A stretch of 64,000 nt of DNA from Octopus sinensis (GCF_006345805.1 NC_042997.1:113646001-113710000); one strand, 5' to 3'. Numbered from the stretch's first letter, positions 47,601 to 60,849 are shown. Made by a program: numbers and translations. The notes: generated by a model not told the origin, from the sequence alone.

Positions 47601-49049
47601 ATGTGTAAACTTCTACTTCACTTGTTCATTCCACCAAATATGCATGCATATATATTTGTTTGTATGCTTGTATGTACATGTGTAGACATTTTAAGTCAGA
47701 ATTGTTGGAGGGTCAGGGACAAGGTGCCTTGTGGTATCTAATCCCACTGTTTGTATTCTGACAACACCTACAATGATACTGATTCCGATCTGTATTACCC
47801 TAAGCCTTTCCTTTGAATAACCATCAGTGGCATAGGGTGGAGGGGGAGACATCCATGTAGGAACAACTGCCAGTCTTACTCAAAAAGTTTTGTCCCAAAC
47901 CTGTACACCCATGCTGATGAGTGGTCAAGCTTGACTGGCAAAACCTCCACTCACCTTTATCAAAACATGTCCATCCACAGTTATCTCTCGTACTTTCCTA
48001 ATTAATTAAAACAATTATTACTTAGTTACTACTATTGTTTACTTGTTTTATATTCTCACCACTTATTGGATTAATTTCTTTTATGCTCATTCTGTTCTAT
48101 GTTTTAAGGTGGTGAGGTGGCAGAATCGTTAGCACACCGGACAAACTGTTTAACAGCATTTTGAGTTCAAATGCTGCTGAGGTTGACTTTGACTTGCATC
48201 CTTTTGGGGTGGATGAAATAAGTGCTAGTGGAGCACTTGGGTCAATGTAATCGACTTACTCCACTTCTCCCAAAATTTCAGTCCTTGTGCCTCTAGTAGA
48301 AAGGTTTATAAGTGTTAAGACTGACTTTAACTGTTGATGTTCATGCAGATGGGGTCTCTAAGTATTTTATTCTCTAATTGTTTGATTTGTTATTTCAATT
48401 TTAATTTTCTATATTTATTCTATAAACCGAATGTCAATGGATATAACTTCAACATCTTCCGTTCTTAAGGTGTGGCATAAAACAGATAGGAAATGGGAAA
48501 ACTCACAAGTAGTTATGTCTTCACTTATTGACAGATTGTTTCATTTCCGAATGTTCGGCGTTTGTTTGCTTTCGACCTACAATTTTTATACTTTTTTCTT
48601 TTTTTTTTCTTTTATCAAATGGTTTTTGGTTTACAGAATAATGTTGAACATTCTTGAGTGGCATTGCTTGCCATTTGTAGTTTATCTGTTTCATATTTAC
48701 AAACTCTGTTGCATCCAGACTCTGAGTTGTGGCTGTGTAAGACGTTTGCTTCCCAACCACATGCTTTCCGGTTCAATTCAACTGAGAGGCACTTTGGACA
48801 AGTGGCTCTTCTACTATAGCCTTGGGCCAACCAAAGCCTTGTAAGTGGCAGAGATGAAGCGGTCAGGATTATGTTTTCTTCCTGTAGAAGATACATGGCT
48901 GCCTGCATTATACAAGAGTGGATGGACATAATCAGTATGGAGCTGAAACAAGGAATGATGATGGTAGTGATAAGGTGTCAGGGTGGGCATTGGGAACAGA
49001 AGAACAGGAAGACTGGGTATAGGTGCAGGCTTGGCTGTGTGTTAAGAAT

Positions 49050-49281
49050 CTTGCGAGCTAGCAGAAACGTTAGCACGCCAGGCAAAATGCTTAGCGATAT
49101 TTTGTCTGCCGTTATATTCTGAATTTAAATTCCGCCGAGGTCGACTTTGCCTTTCATCCTTTCAGGGTCGATAAATTAAGTACCAGTTACGCACTGGGGT
49201 CGATGTAATCAACTTAATCCCTTTGTCTGTCCTTGTTTGTCTCCTCTATGTTTAGCCCCTTGTGGCCAATAAAGAAATAAG
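49050..49281 (+). mobile_element. SINE family B, well-preserved
   Basis: CpGs intact; complete tail caataaagaaataag. Confidence 0.88.
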
Positions 49282-49416
49282 AAGCTTGCTTCCCAACCAC
49301 ATGGTTTAGGACTCAGTCCAACTACATGGTGCCTTTGGCAAATGTCTTCTATTATAGATTCGGGCTGACCAAAGCTTTGTAAAAGAATTTGGTAGTTGGA
49401 AACTGAAAGAACCCCG

Positions 49417-49465
<49 letters not shown>

Positions 49466-49574
49466 AAGTTGAATCTCTTGGGTCTTGAGTCACTCTGTTG
49501 GTTCTGCTAAATATTAATAAAAATATTTAAATTTTCTGTCTTTTCCTATTTGCACCACCATACCTGCATATATC

Positions 49575-49910
49575 ATCATATGTCTGCTTTCCATGTTGGC
49601 ATGGGTTAGACAGTTTAACTAGAACTGATAAGCCAGAGACTTGCACCAGGTTCCAATCTGATTTGGCATGGTTTCTACAGCTGGATGCCTTTCCTAACGC
49701 CAACCACTCTAAGAGTGTAATGGATGCTTTTTACATGCCAGTGGCATAGGTGCCATTTACATGACACTGGCAACAGCCACAACTACGATTTCATGGGTGC
49801 CATTTACGTGACACTGGCAATGGGCATGACTACAATTTCACTTGGCTTGATGGGTCTTCTCAAGCACAGCATATTGCCAAAGGTCTCAGTCATTTGTCAT
49901 CACCTCCATG
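49575..49910 (-). mobile_element. Family C repeat
   Basis: Core motifs. Confidence 0.75.
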
Positions 49911-50360
49911 CTTTGTGTCTGTAGTGTCCCTGTATCTGTGAGTTTGTGTGTAATAATGTGTGTAGCTGGGATAATGTAAAGACAGATATTTTATATACAT
50001 TTCAAAGGGACTTGTGGGTAAGGCTGAAAATATATAAATTTATAAAGGCAGAAGATGGAGTGAACAGCCTTTAATCACAAATCACAACAATTGTTTCTGT
50101 GCATTGATAACAGCTGTTACTAGCTGAGTTTTCCATATCGTACTATTATATAAATATTATGAATAAATAGATCCAGCTGTAGCTGAATATCTGCACATCA
50201 TCAGGTGAGTGGCTTTCAGAACACTACTGATAACTGAATGAGTTTTGAAATGCACATTATGAGGTTATTACCCAGATGATATTAAATATATATATATAGG
50301 GACAATTGTCAATAGACAGTTGGCTGGCAGATAACTTACAGACAAGACAATTGTGTGGTA

Positions 50361-50478
50361 TTGTGCAGAGTCCTGTTGTCAGACATAGGGTGTTCCAGCA
50401 GCCACCTTCTTGACCCAGGGCAGCACAACCACTTCCAGGCACTTGATGTAGGCCTCCGTGTTGAGTCTGAGGCTGTGG
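50361..50478 (-). pseudogene. Tc1/mariner (DD37D/maT-like) transposase catalytic-domain fragment
   Basis: HSLRLNTEAYIKCLEVVVLPWVKKVAAGTPYV*QQDSA fits the mariner-type segment ending in WQQDSAP (second catalytic Asp). Confidence 0.7.
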
Positions 50479-51704
50479 GAATTGTCTGTTGGCAAATTGT
50501 CTACACACGATATGTGTGTGTGTGTACTAAGAAAGAGAGAAATAAATGAGTAATAGACTTCTTGACTCAATCAAGTCCTAAAAGATCTTCAGATTTCTTT
50601 AATTACTTTCATGAAATTTGTTCTTATATCAAAATAGTTGTGGTGCTTTTGTTATTCTACCTAAGACCATTAGTTATTGGCCAGAAAATGTGTCCAGAAA
50701 TTTATTTATTTTTTGATATTTTTTTTTTATGTGAAAAGATTTGAAATTTAAAATTCCTTTTGTTGCTTGTGAAATTTTAAATAATAGTTTAAAAAATCAA
50801 TATTTTTCTGCATTCACTCAAGAAACCTTGCAAAATAGCCAGTAAAGCAGATTTGCTTGTTGTTGTTGTATCCTTTTCTCTCTTTTAATCAATGATAGAA
50901 TTAGAAATACATAAATTATAACGAAAAGGACTTAAAATGTAATGGTATTGATCAAGTATTTAAGAATTTAAAAACCAAAAACAAATCAATGATGATATAT
51001 ATGGTTTCTGTTGCCTCTGATTATCATCTGTACTGAAGACTAGTGATACATTTCCTGTGAAATATATAAATATATTTGTTTCCAAATTTATAATTAGACC
51101 ATTGTTGTTATCATTGTCTTAAAATTAAAATTATTCCATGATTATTGCAGTAAAATTCAATCTTTCGTATTTGAAATTACTTCTTTTTTTGTTTTTACAG
51201 CATTTTTTAAATTTTTATTTTTATTTTTGGTTTCTTACTATAATTATCAGCCAAATTAAAAATTCTAGATTTGTTGTAATTTGATGGCTAAATAATGCTA
51301 AAATAATTAATCTGACATTTTGCCCAGGAAAGTTTTTTTTACTATTTTGTGACCACATCTCTAGTAGCAATATACTTCTTCCATATTAACTCTCTCTCTC
51401 CTCCCTCCTCCCTCCATTTTTAAAATATTCAAGTAATGCCAGAGATTTCATTATTGAAGTAATTAACTTTGAACTTAATAATAACATATTAAAATCTAAT
51501 ATTGTCTTTCATGTCATAATTGGACTGCAGTACATGATTGGAATTCATATGAACATTTTAATTGGATGTTAAAAGTGTTAAAGCCTCTGTAGCAGATTTT
51601 GCTGAGAATGAAACCTGAATATTTAAGTTCTAAAACCAAAATAGTTAGTGAAGAACATTTCTGTATTTGATAAAATACACTGAAGCTGGTTGTTTTTGTT
51701 ATCT

Positions 51705-52008
51705 TTTTTTGCCTTTTTCTTGTTGCAGTTATTAGACTGCGACCATGCTGGGGCACTGCCTTGAAGAATTTTTAGTTGAATAAATTGACCCCAGTACTTT
51801 ATTTTTTTGTCAAGTGGTGGTGGGAGACAAACACTGACACAACAAAGGCATAAACACACATGATGGGCTTCTTTCAGTTTCCATCTACCAGATCCACTCA
51901 CAAGGCTTTGGGGCTATAGTAGAAGACACTTGCCCAAGGTTCCACACAGTGGGACTGAACCTAGAACCATGTGGCTGGGAAGCAAACTTCTTACCACACA
52001 GCCATGCT
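51705..52008 (-). mobile_element. SINE family A
   Basis: Reverse complement copy. Confidence 0.8.
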
Positions 52009-52066
52009 TATTGATAAGTTTAGTAAAAAAATATCATATATTTATTGCAAATTTACAAGTGAGAAA

Positions 52067-52342
52067 TTATATTTGACAGATATTTTTCTTCACATGTTTG
52101 CTGTTAATACAATGTTTTGGCTGATGTACTCCCCAAGATTCCGAGTTCGATTCCTGGCAGTGACCTGAATAATAATGATAATACCTTCGGAATGAGAACC
52201 CAGTTTCGAAATACCCCCAGGACACCTGATGAAGGCTGGTGAGTACATCAGCCGAAACGTGTTAACAACAAACAAGATGAGGATAGATATCCGTCAAATA
52301 TAAATAATGCACATAATTCCTCATCTCTCAAATATAGAACTG
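52067..52342 (+). mobile_element. Family D element with 5' inverted tail segment
   Basis: 52067-52130 inverted tail; 52131-52165 3' half of the tRNA-like head with intact B-box gagttcgattcc; HHR at 52221-52263; full tail to 52342. Confidence 0.85.
52221..52263 (+). ncRNA. Hammerhead ribozyme motif lacking 3 nt at the cleavage site
   Basis: GACAC CTGATGA A GGCTG gtgagtacat CAGCC GAAAC GTGTT. Confidence 0.55.
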
Positions 52343-52532
52343 TAAATATTTTTCCTCTTAAAATTAGCATTCATTTCATCATTTTGTATAAGCACCAAGA
52401 AATTTGATAAAAATTCAGTTCTAATTCTTTGTATGCATGATATAATTCCTGATATTACTCAGAGTGGCAAAAATATACTTCCAAAGTTAGCCCAAGCATG
52501 TGTTGACATCAGCTTGTAGCATGTGTGCTAGT

Positions 52533-52930
52533 CATCATCATTTAACGTCCGCTTTCCATGCTGGCATGGGTTGGACAGTTTGACTGAGGAGGATTGCTGA
52601 GCCGGAAGGCTGCACCAGGCTTAATCTGATCTGGCAAAGTTTCTACAGCTGGATGTGCTTCCTAACACCAACAACTCTGAGAGTGTAGTGGATGCTCTTA
52701 CGTGTCACCAGCACGAGGGCCAGTCAGGCAGTTCTGGCAATGACCACGCTTGAATGTTGTTTTTCACATTCCACCGGCACATATGCTGGTAAGGCGATGC
52801 TGGCAACGATCATGCTCGAATGGTACTTTTTATGTGCCACCGGAACGGGAGCCAATCCATGGCCCTGGCAATGATCATGCTCAGATATGCTTTTAACTAA
52901 TGTTCCACTGGCATGAGTGTCAATCAGGTG
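52533..52930 (-). mobile_element. Family C repeat with triplicated internal block
   Basis: ctggcaatga(c/t)ca(c/t)gct block occurs three times. Confidence 0.75.
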
Positions 52931-53194
52931 GTCTAAAGGAAAAATTTAATTTTCATGTCCAGAGCTGCCACAAAACATTTATTGGGAATGCATATAAACA
53001 GAACCTGTGATTCAACATTTTGGGATCTATTTGACTTCTTGCAGCTGCAACTGAGTGTTTTCAGTCTCAGTTTTGATAAGACACTTTTCATCCCTCAACT
53101 TCTTCCTGTTCCTGTAACAATTATGTTCTTCTCTTCAAGAATTACTTCTTGGTTCATACATATTTAGTAATTAATAATATTGTAAAGTAAAATA

Positions 53195-53407
53195 AGGCAG
53201 TGAGCTGGTGGAATCATTAGCAAGCGGGCAAAATGCTTAGCAGCATTTCATCTATCTTTACGTTCTGAGTTCAAATTCCGCCAAGGTCAACTTTGCCTTT
53301 CATCATTTCAGGTTTGATAAAGTGAGTACCAGTTGAATACTGGGGTTGATGTAATTGACTTTCATCCTCCCTTGAAATTGCTGGCTTTGTGCCAAAGTTT
53401 GAAACCA
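53195..53407 (+). mobile_element. SINE family B with TSD
   Basis: Flanked by atattgtaaagt(a/g)aaat direct repeats. Confidence 0.85.
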
Positions 53408-54844
53408 TATTGTAAAGTGAAATGTTAAGTGTTACCAAGGAAACCTGATTGAAGCTAATTTCTCTTCTGTTTGCTTATAATCCAATGCCTTCAACACCAG
53501 CATCTATTCAGATATTGTTTTGAATACAAGTTGCCAACTAATGAGGTGCTTGACCTGCTTTTATTTTCTACTTGTTATTATTTCACTTCACCTTTTCAAT
53601 AACCTTTTGAAAAAGTGCTCCAGCTTGGTCTTAACCATCATGGCTTCCTTGAAAAACCTTTAACAGTTATCCCTCAGTTTACACATTAGATTGGTTCTAC
53701 TAGTCACCATGTAAATCAAAATTGTGTAAAACAAAGGAGATAAAAGTCCAGTGATATTAATTAATAAACACAAAATTTAAATAATTATCTATTGAATCAT
53801 TCATCTCTATCTCCATCTCTAACCATTTATCACTTCTCATAAACTTAATTGCCCACCTTTTCCAATCCTCTGTCCATAGACCCTCTTATACTTACCTTCT
53901 TATACTTTGGAGGTATGCCCCAACAACTTGTCACCACCATCTCTCTTCTGTCTTTTCAGCTCAAGTAGTTTTTGTATTCCTCTACAGCAAGGCACCTGCA
54001 CCTTTCAACACCTAGCATAATGCCACTCACCTCAATATTGCAGCCTCCTGCTCAGAAGAGGTGGGGGCCTTTTCTTTTGAGTTACATAATGACCTCACTT
54101 AGCACTGATGTCTCAGAAAAAGTACTCAGTACATCCTGTGAAGTGGTTGGTGTTAGGATGGGCATCCAGTTGTAGAAACCATGACAATGGAGATTGATGT
54201 AGTCTTCTGGCTCATCAAGTACTGTTGAACTGTCCAACCCATGCCATTCCACCAAAGAAGATGAACATTCAACATTGATGCTATATCAGGTTTTATCTTC
54301 TATCCAAAATAACGAAAGCTTTTTTACTTATTGTTTCCATTCTGTTATGTTTGATGCGTATTTTAAAATTATGGAAGATCCAGTGGTTATACAGTTTCTG
54401 GTTTATTTTGTGTCCATTAGAAAAAAATTTTTCTTAACAATTCATTTATATTAAACTGTTTCAACAGAAATCTGTTGACAAAAGGGTCAAAGTCATGTTA
54501 CCTGTAAGGGTCATCAACATTACCCCACCTCCTCCTCTTCCTCATTTCAGTCAATGGATAAACACTTTTTGTTTGGAGTTGGAGTGTTATTGGTTTCAGT
54601 CATTGGATCATTACCTTCAACGGTTAATTAAATTGACCACAGTAATTATTATATAACTTAAGAAACATGAAAGGTAAAGCAGATCTAAGCAGGATTTGAA
54701 CTCAGAAAGTAAGAGGACATTTATCAAATAGTATTTTGTGCGACACTACAATAGTTCTGTCAACACTTAATTGCATTCCCACTTTTAGACTATTAAATCA
54801 ATCTGTCTCCTCTTCTGTACATTGTATTATTGGTCTTTGATTTA

Positions 54845-55056
54845 CCCTTTTGTTATTAAATCAGCTCTGGCTTTGTAGTACAAATGTCTTGTTTTCATAG
54901 GTTTTGAATTAAAATCTTCCACCAAACCCTAGTCGCAATTTATGTTCCTAACACTAGCTTAATGATAGCTAAGTTATTTTACTAAATTCTTTGTTATATT
55001 TAAAATTAATTGAAAGAAACACAGAGCATCTCAACAGAAATATGGTAATGAAAGGG
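54845..55056. mobile_element. piggyBac-like MITE
   Basis: ccctttt…gtaatgaaaggg|ttag; ends resemble the TIR of 26419-27472. Confidence 0.65.
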
Positions 55057-56024
55057 TTAGATGAAGAGAAATGGTGGGAGACCAGCAGCCAAATCACCCT
55101 CAATTCAGTTTCTGCCCTTTTAAAATTAAAGAAAGGAAAACAGAAAAATGGGTAATGTAATTTTAGATATATTATGTCTGAAAGAGAAAAAAAAATTTGG
55201 AATGGTCAGGGATGGAATGACTTTGTTCATAGGTTTTCATGTTCAGTTCTTCATGTTTGTTACATTTGTCTGAATTTATCTTACTGCATAGAGAAAAATA
55301 TGAAGATGGTATAAAGTATACAAAACAATTCTATCTATTTATCTTTCTTTCTTGTGTATGTATGTATATAAATAATTCTCCGTGTGTGTATGTCTGTATC
55401 TGTGCATGCACGCAAATGTGTACAAGCTCTACACAGTTCAGGAATGGCTGTTTCCATAAAAAAAGAAGGAAACCTTTAGTTATTATTTTTTTCCCTAGAG
55501 TCGTTCTACATTTTACAAGAACACAGAAATATTTCTCTTCCAACCTTCCTCCATCTCCATTCCCGACCTGTTCTATATGTAAAGAAGATTATCATTGTCT
55601 ATAAATCATACAAGAAACTGTGACACATCACATTTATTACATTCTGATGAGATAACATTCCAGGAAGAAAGAAAAATGAAACAAAATAACATATTTTTTT
55701 CGTCTTTGTTGTGGAAGGAATTTTTTTCATATTTTCATAGGGTTTGTATTTTCAAAGCTTCTGTGAAGTAACAAAAATGGTAGAGTCTTACTGTGTTTAA
55801 AGTTCAAATCTCACTAAGACTGCCTAGGACCAGTGCTGGCTTTGACTTGAATTCTTTTCACAGTTGATGAAATAAGTACCAGTTACATACTGAGGTCAAT
55901 TCAAGCATAACACTATCTGCCTAGCTACAATTCCTCCTTTGTCTCCTTGATCCTCTCTCTCCCCTACACACATATTAGCCACTCGAAAACACAATTCTTT
56001 TCATTCTTCATTTATCTTTTCTTT

Positions 56025-56335
56025 TATTTGTTTCATTCATTAGACTTTGGCCATGCTGGGGCACTGCCTTGAAGAATATTTTAGTCAGGTGAATCGACTC
56101 CCCCCACCCCACCCCAGTGCTTTTTTTAAAGCCTGGTACTTATGCTATCAGTTGCTCTTTATCAAACTGTTATGTTACAGGGATGTAAACAAACCAACAC
56201 TGGTTGTCAAGCGATCGTGGGGGCAAACACATACACACACACACGATGCACTTCTTTCAATTTCTGTCTACCATGGGACTGAACCTGCAACCATGTGGTT
56301 GGGAAACAATTTTCTTACCACACAGCCATGCTTGC
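56025..56335 (-). mobile_element. SINE family A
   Basis: Reverse complement copy. Confidence 0.75.
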
Positions 56336-56438
56336 ACCTTTGTCTCCTTTATCTTTTTCCTTTCTTTTTATCATATTATCTTTGTGCTCTGAACTCTCTT
56401 TTGTATCTCTGAAAAATAATTTCTTAATTTCATTTTAG

Positions 56439-56570
56439 GTGCAAACAGAATGAACTGTGGATAACCTCTCACCTCAGTGATATTTACCACATTGGAATTA
56501 CTTCAAGAAAAAAGAAGTTTATACAATAATTTTCTTCTTTTTAAAAAAAAATTCAAAAATATCATATCAG
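56439..56570 (+). other. Candidate non-coding exon followed by a 71-nt GT-AG intron
   Basis: ttttag|G acceptor, CAG|GTAAGG donor, next acceptor tttgttttgcacag|G at 56641; all three frames contain stops. Confidence 0.35.
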
Positions 56571-57939
56571 GTAAGGAAATAAATTTTCTTAATTAATTCT
56601 CCACGTTTCTTCTATTTCATTTCGTAGTTTGTTTTGCACAGGATCTCTTCTGAAACATGACGCATTTCATGTCCAGTGATATTGATACAAAGCAGTGCAT
56701 TACAGATATTTATTCAGTCTTTAAGCTGATATTAATAACAGAACGTGATAATTCAATCTGTGGCTGGTGCTCAAACAGTTTTAATCAAATAAGAGACCAA
56801 TTGATTAAGGCATCAACACTTGAAACCTGACACAACGGTGCACCATTTATAGTTCTGTCTTGGAAGCAAGACTTTCACTTAATAATTTCAATGCATTCAA
56901 CAGTGTTGTATGCCTCCTCTCATATTTCATGGAATGGTTGTTGTTGTATCAGTGGTGGTAGTATTAAGTTCTAAATTATCCCTGACCAAACCATACTACA
57001 ATCAAAGGCATTCCAGCTATAAATATCCTGTCTTTTTTTTTTTTATATCAGGGAATCTGTTGTTCAAAGTTTCTTCATTTAACCATTTTGTTACCATATC
57101 TCTCTTGAAATGCATTACCTTTTTTTTTTTTTTTTTTTTTTTTTTTTGCAATTAATTTTGAAAATTGTGAAGAACTCAATAATATTGTCATTGACAAACT
57201 TGTGTTTGTACCATAGATTAACATGAAATTTTGATGGAAGATTTTAAGTTAGATCAATTTAAAATTGAATTTATTTTCATTCCTAGAACTAGGGGCAGTC
57301 TCAGGCAGGTTGGTATTGAAAGGATTAAGACAGTAGGCAATCAAATAATCTGATTATAACAAAGGAAGTTTTAGCTGCTATTACTAGCTGGCCAAGCAAC
57401 TGTATAGTGGCTCCTGAGTGGGCTTGGAGAAACAATAATGGTGGTGGGGTAGTGGTGGTGGTGTTTAGCCCCAAGTCTCCCTTATGTTGCAGCCATGATG
57501 ATCCAGCCTTTGTTTAGGGCACTCGCCCATACTGGCATGGGTTGAGTGATCTGACAGGATCTGATGAACCAGAGGGACTGCATTAAACTGCAGTGTCTAC
57601 TTTGACATGGTTTCTGCAGCTAGATGCCCTTTGTAATGCCAACCATTTTATTAAGTGTACAGCATGCTTTTTTTCATGGCACTGGCATTAGAGTGGTCAC
57701 CAACTAACTCAGAAGACAAGGCCCCTTGACAAAGCAGGGAGGACAGGGTTTTATTGAGGCTTTATTCCAGGCATTGAGGGACTAAAGACTAATAGAAGCA
57801 TGGTAACAGGTGTATTGCTGTAGAGAGGTGCATGAACACTCCAGCTGGAATCAGAAGCTTGTCCTGATCTTGCTTCAATAGGAATTGAACCATCAACGTA
57901 TGAAATGTTGAAGCCTTAAGTTGTAACAACAATTATTAA

Positions 57940-58609
57940 CCCTTTAGCATTCAAATTACTGTCAAGTGCAACACTTACTGATTCACATTGTTTTTTGACA
58001 ATATTTCATAGCCTTCAAGGCAGCATGCTGGCAGAAATGTTAGCATGCCGGGTGAAATGCTTAGCAGTATTTAGTCTGTCTTTATGTTCTGAGTTCAAAT
58101 TCCACTGAAGTTGACTTAGCTTTTCATCCTTTTGGGTAAATTAAATACCAGTTGCATATGGGCATCAATCTAATCGACTGGCCCCTTCCCCAAAAATTTC
58201 GGGCCTTGTGTCTAGAGTAGAAAAGAATATTTCATAGCTTTAGGGCAGTGAGCTTGCAGAATCATCAGTACGCCAGGCTAGATGCTTAGCAGTATTTTGC
58301 CCATCTTTAAGTTTTAAGCTCAAATTCCACCGAGGTCAACTTTGCCTCTCATCCTTTCACAGTCAATAAATTAAATACCAGTTGAGCACTTGGGTCGATG
58401 CAATTAACTTACCCCCCACCTTCCCTGAACTTACTGGCCTTGTGCTAAAATTTGAAGCCAATATTTCATCGCTTCAAGATTTCATTGATGTGATCGTTTA
58501 TTCTTAGAATGACATTGTAGGGTAAATGTGAGAGGCTGGATCTGGCCTTTTTGAAGATAAACCAAGTTGAAAATTTTGGCCAGATATGGCCAGTTTCAAC
58601 ACCAAAAGG
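57940..58609. mobile_element. piggyBac-like MITE containing two tandem SINE B insertions
   Basis: TTAA|ccctttagc start; homologous to the reverse complement of 34215-34434; SINE B at about 58017-58225 and 58240-58459. Confidence 0.7.
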
Positions 58610-59664
58610 TGAAATGAAATATTTCAAGAAGTTAGGAAAAATGGGAGAGAAATAACAGTTACATGGACTTTTTGTTTTGTGGGGGTTTTTTTTTATTTAT
58701 ATTTTTTTACTGAAGAGAATTTCTTGAATTTGACAATAATCAAAAGCAAACATTCTAGAAAGAATATATATTTTATGAGTTACAGCAGTGTGGTTGGTCA
58801 GTTTATGAAACAAGAAATTATGGTTTAATGGTCAATATTACTTGACATGATTTGATTGATTAACTGCTTTGGTTAGTTCGTTAGCTGGCTAATTGCTATT
58901 GATTTTTTTTTTTTTATAAATCAGTAGCAACTATGAAAAATAATCACCCAACCTAACTTCCTCAGCTCAGTCGAAAATCTTGCCATTAAATTGCTATATT
59001 ATTATTATTTTCATTACCAACATCATCTTTTTTATTATCATCATCATCATTATTATTATAGTTTTTGTTGTTATAACTCTTGTTGTTTTATTTTTTTTAC
59101 CGTTTTCATTTGGTGCTGCAGTAATAAAGATCAAAGCAACTTTCCACTCAACCACACACAGTTTCAACTAACTGCCCATATTTATATGTGTTACGAGAAT
59201 TACCGCAATGGTGGTGGTTTTTAACTGCAAATCAATCTTGATTGAATAGATCTATCATCAAAGACATTCTACTTGTGACCATCACATTGTATTATCAATA
59301 TATATTACCTAGCTGTTTGTTTGTTTTAAATGGTTAAGATGTGGTCTCTGATGGAGAATTGACTATTATACCTCACAAGTCAAGCAACCATATTGAAGCT
59401 TCTTCATTTTTCTCATTCCATAGTGTTTGTTGTTTTTAAACTCAAGTCAACCCTAACTGAGTAAACCAATGCTTCTCAAAATCAGCTTTCAGTTTCCATC
59501 TATCAAATCCAATCACAAAATTTCAGTTGGCCCAGGGCTATATTGGAAGGTACCTGCCCTAGGCACAACCCATTGGAACTGGACCTGAAACTACATGGTT
59601 GGGGAACAAACTTTTTAACCACACAGCTATGGCTGCACCTGTCTTAGAAATTATAACTATTAAT

Positions 59665-60050
59665 CATCATCATTATCATCATCATCATCGTTTAACATCT
59701 GCTTTCCATGGGTTGGATGGTTTGGCAGAAAACTGGCAAGCTGGGAGGCTGCACCAGGCTCCAATCTGATTTGGCAAGGTTTCTCCAGCTGGATGCTCTT
59801 CCTAAAGTTCGAATCATGCTTTTTACGTGTCACTGGCATTGGCCATGCTCGAATGGTGTTCTTTACATGCCACCAACATTGGTGCCAGTCAGGTGGCACT
59901 GGCATCAGCCATAACTATGATTTCACTCAGTTCGACAGGTTTTCACAAGCATGGCATATCAGCCAATGAATGAAGGGTACTTTTAAATGGCCACAACTAT
60001 GATCTCACTTGGCTTACTGGGTCTTCTCAAGCATGGCATATCTCCAAATT
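59665..60050 (-). mobile_element. Family C repeat
   Basis: (CAT)n tail and core. Confidence 0.75.
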
Positions 60051-60109
60051 AGTGGGGTTTTTTTAAATTTTACTTCGTTTAAATTTTTTTTACCATCATT
60101 AGATTAATG

Positions 60110-60800
60110 TATAAAGGCAGTAGATTAGTAGCTTCATTAGAGTACTGGAAAAATTCCTTTGCTGTATTTGTTCTGATTCTTTATGTTCTGGGTTCAAATC
60201 TGACAAAGTTCAACTTTTCTATTTTGTGGGCATTGATAAAATGAAGTACCTGTTAAATATTAGTGAATGGAAAGGGTCAGTTGAATCAACTAGCTTCCTC
60301 CCTTCTAAACTGCTGGTCATGTGCCTAAATTAGAAGCAGTATTGCTATTAAGGCAGTGAGCTGACAGAATTGATAGTGCACCAGGCTAAATGCTTCATAG
60401 CATTTTGTCTGTCTTTATGTTCTGAGTTCAAATGCCACTGTGATCGACTTTATTGTTCATCCTTTTGGGATTGACAAAATAAGTACCAGTTGGACACTGG
60501 GGTCGATGTAATCGATCCCTCCCACCAAAACTGCTGGCGTTGTGCCAAAATTTGAAACTATTATTGTTATTTCTATTATTATTATTAAAAAGAGGCAAGC
60601 TGGCAGAATCATTAGGGCAGTGGATATAATGTTTAGTGATCTTTCTTCTGGTTCTTTGTTTTGAGTTCAAATTCCAGCAAGGTCGACTTTGCCTTTCATC
60701 CTTTCAAGGTCTATAAAATAAGTACCAGTCAAATAATGGGGTCAGTGTAACCAACATCCCCTTCCCCTCAGTAACTGCTGGCCTTGTACCAAGTTTTGAA
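60110..60800 (+). mobile_element. Three tandem SINE family B copies
   Basis: Heads at about 60112, 60351 and 60592, of differing divergence. Confidence 0.8.
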
Positions 60801-60849
60801 AGCATTATTAGAAAGAGATTAATTAGGGGCCTGTGACAGAATTGGTGCT

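Noticed and set aside
47914-47948. CTGATGA…gtcaagcttgac…GCAAAAC as a third hammerhead family
   Set aside because: G12 is A (possibly CpG decay), stem II needs a bulge, stem III is mismatched and stem I gives only 2 bp. It could be a decayed HHR but cannot be supported from one copy.
48431-48844. 137-aa ORF in partly unique sequence
   Set aside because: TTG/ATG start without recognisable domains, runs through a T tract and ends inside a SINE A head.
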